Below, piece after piece: positions 18,580 through 26,001 of a stretch of 40,745 bases of DNA (position 1 is its first letter; each line of letters starts with the position of its first letter). The notes under the pieces are model-generated. The model saw nothing but the letters and a program-made list of their open reading frames with translations. It searched no databases and was not told the DNA's origin. The position numbers were made by a program, and so were the translations under genes. Source of the stretch: Coleofasciculaceae cyanobacterium SM2_1_6 (GTDB lineage Bacteria > Cyanobacteriota > Cyanobacteriia > Cyanobacteriales > JAAUUE01); the NCBI GenBank assembly GCA_012031635.1, contig JAAUUE010000002.1, positions 1 to 40,745 of the forward strand, written 5' to 3'.

Positions 18580-18730
18580 TGTCTTTCCTCGAATCCAACC
18601 AAATTATTTTACTGCAAAGTGTCTTTACTCTTTAATTTATGGTGAAAAATCTTGAATTTTTGTTAAGATGATCGGGGCGGAAGTTGGTAATCGTAGGTTA
18701 GTAATTGGTTGGTAATTCACGGAGTAGGTA

Positions 18731-20425
18731 ATGCTGAGATTAGAGCATATTAGTAAGATTTATCCCACCGGGGAAGTATTGAAGGATGTCAACTGGGAAG
18801 TGAAACCGGGCGATCGCATTGGTTTAGTGGGGGTCAACGGAGCCGGAAAATCCACCCAGTTGAAGATTATCACCGGAGAAATGGAACCCACCACCGGAGA
18901 AGTTATTCGTCCCGCCAGCTTAAATATTGCCTACCTCAACCAAGAATTTGAAATCGATACTACCCGCACCGTCAAGGAAGAATTTTGGCGGGCTTTTGGG
19001 GAAGCTAACCAAGTTCATCAATCCCTCATGGAAGTGCATCGGCTGATGGAAACGGCGGATCCAGAGCAGTTGGATGAGCTGATTCACGAGATGGATCGCT
19101 GGCAGCGACAGTTTGAAGCACTTGATGGCTATAACTTAGAGGCGCAGATTGATAAACTGATGCCAGAGTTGGATTTTGAACAGGAAGACGGCGATCGCCT
19201 AGTTAGTTCCTTTAGTGGCGGTTGGCAGATGCGGATGAGTTTGGGCAAGATCATGCTCCAACGCCCGGATGTGTTGCTGTTGGATGAACCGACTAACCAT
19301 TTAGACCTAGAAACCATTGAATGGCTGGAAAATTATCTCCGGGGTTTAACTACACCGATGGTGATTGTCTCCCATGACCGGGAATTTCTCGATCGCCTCT
19401 GTACGCAAATTGTGGAAACCGAGCGGGGTGTGTCTAGTACCTACCTAGGGAATTATTCCAGCTATCTCGCCCAAAAAGCTGAAAGCCAAATGGCGCAACT
19501 CAGTGCCTACGAACGGCAACAGAAAGAAATTGAAAAGCAACAAACCTTTGTCGATCGCTTCCGAGCCAGTGCCACCCGCAGTACCCAAGCCAAGAGCCGG
19601 GAAAAACAACTAGATAAGATCGATCGAGTCGAGGCTCCCATTGGCAGTGTGCGGACGCTGCATTTCCGGTTTCCCCCCGCCCCCCGCAGTGGTTTAGAAG
19701 TGGTGCGGATTAAAGACCTTGCCCACACCTACGGCGATCGAATCCTCTTTTTGGGGGCAGATTTGTTGATTGAAAGGGGCGATCGGATTGCCTTCTTGGG
19801 ACCCAATGGAGCCGGAAAATCTACTCTTTTGCGTTTAATTATGGGCTTAGAAGCACCCAGCGATGGCAGTGTGGAGCTAGGTAAACACAATGTGATCCCC
19901 GGTTACTTTGAGCAGAACCAAGCGGAGGCGCTGGATTTGAGCAAGAAGGTAATTGACACGATCCACGATGAAGTTCCTGACTGGAAAGATGAGGAAGTCC
20001 GGGCTTTGTTAGGCAAATTCCTGTTTAGTGGGGATACTGCCTTTAAGTCGGTGAGCGCCTTGAGTGGGGGGGAGAAGGCAAGATTAGCTCTAGCGAAAAT
20101 GCTGCTCCGTCCGGCGAACTTATTGATCCTTGATGAGCCGACCAATCACCTCGACATTCCCGCCAAGGAAACCCTAGAGGAAGCCCTGCAAAACTATGAC
20201 GGCACAGCATTAATTGTGTCCCACGATCGCTACTTTATCTCTCAAGTAGCCAATAAAATTGTGGAAATTCGGGATGGGGAATTCCGGGTTTATCTAGGGG
20301 ATTATCATTATTATTTAGAAAAGATTGCTGAAGAGAAAGAGAATGCTAGATTAGCAGCGATCGAAGCAGAAAAAGCTGCCAAAGCCAAAGCAAAAAAAGC
20401 CAAAGCTACTGCCAAAAAGAGCTAA
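18731..20425 (+). CDS. ABC-F family ATPase (two ABC cassettes, Lys/Ala-rich tail)
   Basis: Walker A GVNGAGKST and GPNGAGKST, the signatures FSGGWQMR and LSGGEKAR, and an inter-domain linker are present. There are no TM segments. Confidence 0.9.
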   Translation: MLRLEHISKIYPTGEVLKDVNWEVKPGDRIGLVGVNGAGKSTQLKIITGEMEPTTGEVIRPASLNIAYLNQEFEIDTTRTVKEEFWRAFGEANQVHQSLMEVHRLMETADPEQLDELIHEMDRWQRQFEALDGYNLEAQIDKLMPELDFEQEDGDRLVSSFSGGWQMRMSLGKIMLQRPDVLLLDEPTNHLDLETIEWLENYLRGLTTPMVIVSHDREFLDRLCTQIVETERGVSSTYLGNYSSYLAQKAESQMAQLSAYERQQKEIEKQQTFVDRFRASATRSTQAKSREKQLDKIDRVEAPIGSVRTLHFRFPPAPRSGLEVVRIKDLAHTYGDRILFLGADLLIERGDRIAFLGPNGAGKSTLLRLIMGLEAPSDGSVELGKHNVIPGYFEQNQAEALDLSKKVIDTIHDEVPDWKDEEVRALLGKFLFSGDTAFKSVSALSGGEKARLALAKMLLRPANLLILDEPTNHLDIPAKETLEEALQNYDGTALIVSHDRYFISQVANKIVEIRDGEFRVYLGDYHYYLEKIAEEKENARLAAIEAEKAAKAKAKKAKATAKKS

Positions 20426-20601
20426 ATCTAAGTCTAGGATGAGGGCAAAACGGAAAAAAGCGGCTTGGGATATTGCTTATCTAAGTCATCTTCTGTCCCT
20501 TTGATTTTTATGCAGTTGCCCTGATATCAAAATGGCTGGCTAAGCTTAGAAATTAGTAAGATGCTATTATCAAAATCAGATAGTACTACCGAATACTTAC
20601 T

Positions 20602-20862
20602 ATGCCTCTTATCGAACTCCTACCAACCGTTAGTCAACTGACGCATCAAGATAAGCTCCGACTTATTCACTTCCTTTTGCTTGCAATTGCTAGAGAGGAA
20701 GGATGTAGCCTAGAAACTGCTCATAATCAACATTATGAAAATACCCTGATGAAGCAACTAGCGATTACTGAAGCTGTTGTATGGTCACCTCAAGCCGATC
20801 ATAAAGCGGTTCAAGCCTTGTCAGACCTTTTAGTTGCAGCACAGGGTGTATCGAATGCTTGA
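20602..20862 (+). CDS. small helical protein, first gene of protease module 1 (paralog of 23988..24209)
   Basis: It shares the N-terminal motif (L/P)xxQL(T/S)HxDKLxLxxFL with the ORF at 23988..24209. It overlaps the downstream protease gene by 8 nt (ATGCTTGA). Confidence 0.5.
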   Translation: MPLIELLPTVSQLTHQDKLRLIHFLLLAIAREEGCSLETAHNQHYENTLMKQLAITEAVVWSPQADHKAVQALSDLLVAAQGVSNA

Positions 20863-21274
20863 TGGTCATCGTTTTTCATTTACAGAAAAGACTGATAGTT
20901 CTGGTCGCTCTAGCATCTTGCCATACTTACCACTAACCTTGACTAATGGAAAACGTTCAATTGAGGTTATGGCTTTATTGGACACTGGTGCTAGTGTTAA
21001 TGTCTTACCCTACGAAATTGGGTTACAAATGGGAGCAGTCTGGGAAAATCAAACTGTTCAAGTTCCCTTAAGTGGAAACCTTGCTCATAGTGAGTCACGG
21101 GGACTCGTTTTGACCGGGAAAGTTGCACATTTCCCACCTGTTTTACTCGCCTTTGCATGGACTCAAGCAACAGATGTACCAGTAATTTTAGGTCACATGA
21201 ATTTTTTTGCGGAATTCAACGTGTGTTTTTATCGCCATGAGTTAGCTTTTGAGATTTGCCCACTCCAAACATAA
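20855..21274 (+). CDS. retropepsin-like (clan AA) aspartic protease
   Basis: LPYLPLTL.....IEVMALLDTGASVNVLP contains the catalytic D-T-G. The protein is small (~139 aa), as is typical of bacterial retropepsin-like proteins. I prefer the ATG at 20855. Confidence 0.7.
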   Translation: MLDGHRFSFTEKTDSSGRSSILPYLPLTLTNGKRSIEVMALLDTGASVNVLPYEIGLQMGAVWENQTVQVPLSGNLAHSESRGLVLTGKVAHFPPVLLAFAWTQATDVPVILGHMNFFAEFNVCFYRHELAFEICPLQT

Positions 21275-21353
21275 AGTGTTGCTAACCCACCCGCAGCATA
21301 ACTAGATCTTTAGTACGAAGTGATTAATCAAAAGCTTTCTATATAACATATCG

Positions 21354-21403
21354 TATAGGGCAGATAACCAGAAACTTGACATTCAGCCTATCTGCCCTAT
21401 AGT
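21354..21403 (+). promoter_or_regulatory. near-consensus sigma70-type promoter (TTGACA-16 nt-TATAGT) embedded in a 13-bp perfect inverted repeat
   Basis: TATAGGGCAGATA (21354-21366) pairs with TATCTGCCCTATA (21389-21401). TTGACA lies at 21376-21381 and TATAGT at 21398-21403. No ORF follows for about 350 nt. Confidence 0.4.
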
Positions 21404-21598
21404 CAGATTAGGCAGAAAAATTCCGTCTAATACATAGTTAGACTTTAGTCCCTAGTTTCCGATCGATTATCGGTCAAGGATCAGCATCAGCAAGCAGAGA
21501 CTTATTAGTTTAATCCATCAGTTTGGGTGAGTCGATTCGCTTTGCGATCCCTGCGGGAATCGAGCGATCGACCAAGTCAAGTTAGCGAGGGTTGGCTT

Positions 21599-21685
21599 GT
21601 CTAACACTTCATTGCAGCGGACGGTTGGGCGATCGTTTGTTGAGTGTTAAAATCTAATCACCGCCGCTGAACTTCACCGTTAGGC
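21599..21685 (+). other. 87-bp imperfect palindrome A with attC-like outer boxes (GTCTAAC ... GTTAGGC)
   Basis: GTCTAAC (21599-21605) fits RYYYAAC and GTTAGGC (21679-21685) fits GTTRRRY. The inner stem is CAGCGG-a-CGGT / ACCG-CCGCTG with a bulged A. The block between the outer box and the stem does not pair well. It shares TGCAGCGGA, CCGCTGA and ACCGTTAG with element B. Confidence 0.4.
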
Positions 21686-21762
21686 GGCTCAAGGTTATCT
21701 GTGGGGGCGCAGCCGAAAGACCATTAGTGTGACACTTCAATCACAATCAGAAATTGCCTGGT

Positions 21763-22838
21763 ATGGGACACGTTTTCAAGCCAAGTACAATACCGACTGT
21801 TGACGAGTACGTGTCGGGTTTATCTGCAATTCGTTCTCGTATCAGTGAGTCGCAGTTTCGTTTGCTGCAAGAGCAGTATTATGCTCCAAATCGTACTACT
21901 ACAGCGACCCAACTTGCAGAGTTAATAGGGATTGAGAGTGGGCGTGGAGCGATCAATCTGATGTATGGTTGGCTAGGGCGCTTATTCTGTGAAGCAACAG
22001 GGTTTGAGCCGAGTCAGCGAGAAGTTGGCACACATCGCTGGTGGTCTGTGTGGTCTAGCGGATATGAAGAGCGCAATCCCTATCGTTTTTTTGGAAGATG
22101 CACCCAGAAGTTGCTGAAGCTTTAGAACATTTAGGTTGGGTGAGTTCTAATTCGGCAATAAGTCGCTATCAGCAAATTTTTAGTGAATTAGTTTATGAGC
22201 GAGACGATCGTAGTCCTCCCGATGCCCGAAGGCAGGCACAATTTAAGATTGGTTGGGAAAACGCCGCCATGCAAAGGAGAACTTATACAAGTGAAACTTT
22301 AAATTCAGTTCTTACTTGGAATAATTTGGGCTATCGCTTTGGGCTGAAATTAGGACAGTGTTCTAATTCGGAAATTCAAGCAGCTTATGACTTTTTAGCT
22401 CAAGAATATCAAATCAATTCCTCTGGCTCAAAGCAGCTAAATATAACCAATATTTATCCTGATGAGGTGGCTTCAGAGGAGATTTTTCGAGAAGGGTCAG
22501 TACGTCAAGTTTCAGTTAATGCCTATGAGCGAGATCCTAAAGCACGCCAGAAGTGCATCGATTATTATGGCTTAAGTTGCTCAGTTTGCAGTTTTAATTT
22601 TGGTGAGTTCTTTGGAGAGTTAGGTGAAGGCTTTATCCATGTTCACCACTTACGCCCTATTTCAGAGATTGCCAAAGAGTATGAAGTTGACCCCGTAAAA
22701 GATTTACGCCCAGTTTGCCCAAATTGTCACGCTATGATTCATCGCCGTTCTCCACCACTGAGTATTGAGGAGCTTCAAGTTTTGGTGAGAAATTCTAAAG
22801 TTCAACCGCCTCCTAACAATTCGGGTGCAGCGGATTGA
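21763..22838 (+). pseudogene. HNH endonuclease (COG3183-like HNH at the C-terminus, unknown N-terminal domains), split by a 1-nt frameshift in a T7 run
   Basis: ORF 21754..22125 ends ...ERNPYRFF and ORF 22098..22838 begins MHPEVAEALEHLGW. An eighth T in the run at 22086-22092 would give YRFFWKMHPEVAEAL. The C-terminus reads NAYERDPKARQKCIDYYG.SCSVC.FNF....G..G.GFIHVHHL.P......EY.VDP..DLRPVCPNCHAMIH. Confidence 0.8.
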
Positions 22839-22897
22839 CCGAAGCCGCTTGGGGGAGATGCAAAGATCACGGCAACCGCTGACCCGAACCGTTAGAT
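22811..22897 (+). other. 87-bp imperfect palindrome B with attC-like architecture at the 3' end of the HNH gene
   Basis: The sequence is TCCTAAC aa TTCGGGT g CAGCGG a TTG a CCG [28-nt loop] CGG CAA CCGCTG ACCCGAA cc GTTAGAT. About 24 bp pair in five blocks. Three single-base bulges all lie on the 5' arm. A 2x2 unpaired spacer follows the outer boxes. The outer boxes match RYYYAAC at 6/7 and GTTRRRY at 7/7. Confidence 0.5.
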
Positions 22898-22982
22898 TGA
22901 TTAGAATGCTAGACGCTTTGGGAAAATTACGATGAGGACGATCGCCGATCTTGTAGGATACATTAATGAAATGTAATGCGCC
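22891..22982 (+). repeat. 92-bp island junction repeat, copy 1
   Basis: GTTAGATTGATTAGAATGCTAGACGCTTTGGGAAAATTACGATGAGGACGATCGCCGATCTTGTAGGATACATTAATGAAATGTAATGCGCC is about 89% identical to copy 2. Confidence 0.9.
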
Positions 22983-23075
22983 TTATCTTCATTATTAACA
23001 AAAGCAATCTATTCAGAGCGATTTCTGGTTAGCTATAATGTCGGATAAGGCAGTAATTAAGGAAAATTTACAATC

Positions 23076-23348
23076 ATGGCAGTTCGTCAACCCCGCTATA
23101 GTAAAGAAGAATTTGCCCGAAGAGGCGATCTCATTTATCAAACGCAAATACGCCCACAAGTTGAGGCAGGTAATCATGGCAAAATTGTAGCGATCGACAT
23201 TGAGACTGGAGACTTTGAAATTGATGCTCATGAAATCACTGCCTGCGATCGGCTCGAAGCCCGTCATCCAGATGCTCAAGTCTGGATTGTTCGAGTCGGT
23301 TCTCACCATGTTCGCCGATTTGGTGGACGCACAAAGAGAGCAGTATGA
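23076..23348 (+). CDS. small hypothetical protein, first gene of protease module 2
   Basis: A 90-aa ORF with a TATAAT box at 23035-23040 upstream. It overlaps the downstream protease ORF by ATGA. I recall this type of partner next to clan AA proteases in cyanobacteria. Confidence 0.55.
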   Translation: MAVRQPRYSKEEFARRGDLIYQTQIRPQVEAGNHGKIVAIDIETGDFEIDAHEITACDRLEARHPDAQVWIVRVGSHHVRRFGGRTKRAV

Positions 23349-23722
23349 TCACAGGAATTGTTAATGCCGATTTTGAGGCGATTATCTCGCTTTCGATATG
23401 CGGCTCTGATGGAAAAATTCACGCATAAGATGCGGTTGTTGATACAGGCTTTAACGGTTGGCTTTCATTGCCTCCAGACCTAATTGATCATTTGCATCTC
23501 AAATGGAAAAGACGGGGACGCGCTATTCTTGGAGATGGTAGCGAATGCGTTTTTAATATCTATGAAGGCGTTGTAATGTGGGATGGAGATTATCTGACTA
23601 TCCCCATTGATGAAGCTGATTCGGAACCTCTTGTGGGAATGTCATTGATGGAAGGCTATCAACTCACAGTTCAAGTATTTGAAGCAGGTATCGTAGAAAT
23701 CCGAAAAGTAAGCGCTGTCTAA
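23345..23722 (+). pseudogene. clan AA aspartic protease (DTGF type) with an in-frame TAA at 23426-23428
   Basis: The translation reads MITGIVNADFEAIISLSICGSDGKIHA*DAVVDTGFNGWLSLPPDLIDHLHLKWKRRGRAILGDGSECVFNIYEGVVMWDG.... The stop lies just before the catalytic DTG, and the frame continues into ORF 23468..23722. Confidence 0.7.
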
Positions 23723-23729
23723 CTAGATC

Positions 23730-23821
23730 GTGAGATTGATTAGAATGCTAGACGCTTTGGAAAAATTACGATAAGGACGATCGCCGATCTTGTAGGCTGT
23801 ATTAATGAAATACAACGCACC
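23730..23821 (+). repeat. 92-bp island junction repeat, copy 2
   Basis: GTGAGATTGATTAGAATGCTAGACGCTTTGGAAAAATTACGATAAGGACGATCGCCGATCTTGTAGGCTGTATTAATGAAATACAACGCACC is preceded by GTCTAAC-TAGATC (23717-23729). Confidence 0.9.
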
Positions 23822-23839
23822 TCTTTTTTTCCAGCTAAA

Positions 23840-23995
23840 CTATAAAACATTCACACTAGAGCCAGTGTCCAAAAGTCCTGAAACACTCAGGGATTGATTT
23901 TGATACATTAATGTCAATGGTAAATAAGGAAGCGTACTTAATGCTCCAAGACTGGGATTTACCTCAGTGAAAGCAAATCTTACTTTATTAGCCAT
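23840..23995 (-). pseudogene. 3'-truncated retropepsin-like protease (51 codons), second gene of protease module 3
   Basis: The minus-strand translation MANKVRFAFTEVNPSLGALSTLPYLPLTLMYQNQSLSVSGLLDTGSSVNVL* parallels the first third of the 20855..21274 product. It stops about 18 nt from the end of repeat copy 2. Its start overlaps the upstream gene by ATGGCTAA. Confidence 0.6.
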
Positions 23996-24209
23996 GAGTC
24001 AATTCTTGCTTCTCTTTTAATGCTTGAGCAAGAATGGCGGCAGCCTCAAAAGAGTCATGTAAACCTTGTCTAGGCAGGTCATCTTGGATAGATAGGGGTA
24101 CAATACCAGAATCTTTGAGCAACTCCGCTACAAGAAAGTTAAGTAATAAAAGTTTATCAGAGTGAGACAATTGCCTAAGCAGGGGAACAAATTCAGTAGT
24201 TGTCAGCAT
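23988..24209 (-). CDS. small helical protein, first gene of protease module 3 (paralog of 20602..20862)
   Basis: MLTTTEFVPLLRQLSHSDKLLLLNFLVAELL aligns with MPLIELLPTVSQLTHQDKLRLIHFLLLAIA. Confidence 0.55.
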   Translation of the reverse strand: MLTTTEFVPLLRQLSHSDKLLLLNFLVAELLKDSGIVPLSIQDDLPRQGLHDSFEAAAILAQALKEKQELTHG

Positions 24210-24309
24210 AGATTTTAAGAAAACTATAGATTTTGATCTCTTTTACTCCGCCCCAGTATAACACTACCTTCGTGCTAACCCTTATCCATGAAAGCCGTCT
24301 AACTAGACC

Positions 24310-24355
24310 GTTAGATTGATTAAAATACTAGACGCTTTGGAAAATATGGTTAGCA
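24310..24355 (+). repeat. island junction repeat, copy 3 (5' 46 bp only)
   Basis: GTTAGATTGATTAAAATACTAGACGCTTTGGAAAAT is preceded by GTCTAAC-TAGACC (24297-24309) and then diverges. Confidence 0.8.
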
Positions 24356-24359
24356 TCTA

Positions 24360-24380
24360 TTGATCCCATTTTGGGATCAA
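24360..24380. promoter_or_regulatory. perfect 9-bp inverted repeat (TTGATCCCA ttt TGGGATCAA) next to a TATTAT box, a candidate higBA operator/promoter
   Basis: Read directly. It lies 17 nt upstream of the higB ATG, with TATTAT at 24383-24388. Type II TA operons are typically autoregulated at palindromic operators. Confidence 0.4.
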
Positions 24381-24396
24381 GCTATTATTTAGGCGT

Positions 24397-24690
24397 ATGC
24401 GTATCTTGTCCCGTAGCACCCTACGAAATTTCTGGGAGACTCATCCAGATGCCGAAGAAGCACTGAAGACTTGGTACTACGAAGCGTCTCATGCTAATTG
24501 GCAGAGTCCAGTTGATGTTAAGGCTGCTCATAGTAGTGCCAGTATCGTTGCGAACAACCGTGTGGTTTTCAATATCAAAGGCAACACCTATCGGTTAATT
24601 GTGGCAATTCGTTATGACATTGGTATTATTTTTATTCGATTTATTGGCACTCATGCTGAGTATGACAAAGTAGATGCAGAAATAATATGA
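24397..24690 (+). CDS. higB: type II toxin HigB (mRNA interferase, HigB_toxin family)
   Basis: MRILSRSTLRNFWETHPDAEEALKTWYYEA..ANW.SP.DVKA...SASIV.NNRVVFNIKGN.YRLIV.I.Y......IRFIGTHAEYDKVDAE closely matches the family consensus as I remember it. Confidence 0.9.
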   Translation: MRILSRSTLRNFWETHPDAEEALKTWYYEASHANWQSPVDVKAAHSSASIVANNRVVFNIKGNTYRLIVAIRYDIGIIFIRFIGTHAEYDKVDAEII

Positions 24691-24704
24691 ATGGAGGCTA
24701 ATGT

Positions 24705-25082
24705 ATGGAGATACGTCCAATTAGAACACACACCGATTACCAGCAAGCTCTTCAAGAGATTGAGCTATTGTTTGATGTAGCCCCAAGTACACCCGAACAA
24801 GATCGACTAGATATTCTCAGTACTCTGGTAGAAGCTTATGAAAAGAAACACTTTCCAATTGAGTTACCTGATCCGATCGAAGCAATTCATTACTACATGG
24901 ACACCCGTGGGTGGTCTCGACGTGATTTGGAGCCATGTCTAGGCAGTCGAGCCAGAGTATCTGAGGTTCTATCTCGTAAACGTTCATTGACCTTAGAGAT
25001 GATTCGGAAACTGCATCAAGAGTTGGGAGTTCCTGCTGAGATTCTCATTCAGCCTTATGAGTCGGCACAAATCCCTGCCTAA
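24705..25082 (+). CDS. higA: HigA-type HTH antitoxin
   Basis: IRT..DYQQAL.EIE.L.D..P.TPE.DRLD.L.TLVEAYE.KH.PI..PDPIEAI...M...G.SR.DLEP.LGSRARVSEVLSRKR.LTLEMIRKLH..LG.PAE.L is the canonical partner of HigB. Confidence 0.9.
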   Translation: MEIRPIRTHTDYQQALQEIELLFDVAPSTPEQDRLDILSTLVEAYEKKHFPIELPDPIEAIHYYMDTRGWSRRDLEPCLGSRARVSEVLSRKRSLTLEMIRKLHQELGVPAEILIQPYESAQIPA

Positions 25083-25085
25083 TCA

Positions 25086-25172
25086 TTCTGATGAGAATAC
25101 TAGACGCTTTGGAAAATTATGAGGAGGACGATCGCCGATCTTGTAGAGTATGTTAATGAACTGTAACGCGCC
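25086..25172 (+). repeat. island junction repeat, copy 4
   Basis: TTCTGATGAGAATACTAGACGCTTTGGAAAATTATGAGGAGGACGATCGCCGATCTTGTAGAGTATGTTAATGAACTGTAACGCGCC starts 4 nt after the higA stop. Confidence 0.85.
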
Positions 25173-25191
25173 TCATGTCTATTTATGTAAT

Positions 25192-25851
25192 TTAATTGTT
25201 GAGCTGTTCTCTGACCCATTGGCGGACATGGCGCATTAAACTTTTTTCGCCCACAGTTTGACTAAGTTCCAAAAATGACCTCAGCACAACAGCATCAAAC
25301 CTTGGCAACACCATGGAAACTTCCCTGGGTTGATATCCTTGGTCTCCTAAACTCCAAATCGTTAAGCTATCACGATCGCACTGCCATACCTCCATCACTC
25401 CCAAAGCCGCATAGATTCCTAGCCGATTCATAGAACTACTAGTGTGATCAACCTCGATCGCTAAATCGGGAGGCGGATCAATAGTTAGATCGATTACATC
25501 CTTACCACGCACTGCTAACTCGTTTTGAATGTAATAGCACTCATCCGCTTCTAAACCCTTGCGTAGGTCTTCTCGTGTCCAAGTTGTTGAACCTAAACTA
25601 CAAATTTCAATCCCTAATTCTTCTGTCATCACTTCCACAAAACGACCAAGTAGTTTTTTATAGCGTTCGTGGGGGGGTAGTAGCCTGAGAATCTCCAAAA
25701 TTCCGTCATCATAAGTTAATCGCATTCCCGGTTGCGATGCCAAATCCTGTACCAAATTCTGATAAGTACCCCATTGAATCCCGGAAAGAATAGTTGTATT
25801 GATGGGAAATGGTTGTGCCAAATTCGAGTTAGAGGCGATCGCAGCAACCAT
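25192..25851 (-). CDS. Uma2-family (DUF820) endonuclease
   Basis: W..Y..L.......R..Y.DG.LEI....P.HE........EV...ELG.......STT........G.E.D.CYY........PPDLAIEV..TSSS..RL.IYA.LGV.E.W shows the PD-(D/E)XK-like Uma2 pattern. Confidence 0.85.
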   Translation of the reverse strand: MVAAIASNSNLAQPFPINTTILSGIQWGTYQNLVQDLASQPGMRLTYDDGILEILRLLPPHERYKKLLGRFVEVMTEELGIEICSLGSTTWTREDLRKGLEADECYYIQNELAVRGKDVIDLTIDPPPDLAIEVDHTSSSMNRLGIYAALGVMEVWQCDRDSLTIWSLGDQGYQPREVSMVLPRFDAVVLRSFLELSQTVGEKSLMRHVRQWVREQLNN

Positions 25852-26001
25852 AGTTTTCTCCTTGATCTAGAGATTTTTGTTTTTTGAGCTATGCACTTAA
25901 TCTTAATTTGATTTTGAACCAGAGAGGATCGATCGCTACTCTAGGCTTAAGGATTTCTAGTTGTAAATTATGGTTTAAAATCCGACGATAATTATCAATA
26001 A

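Noticed and set aside
23013-23309. A 98-aa minus-strand ORF.
   Set aside because: It overlaps the better-supported plus-strand gene 23076..23348, which has a promoter-like box and is translationally coupled to the protease ORF.
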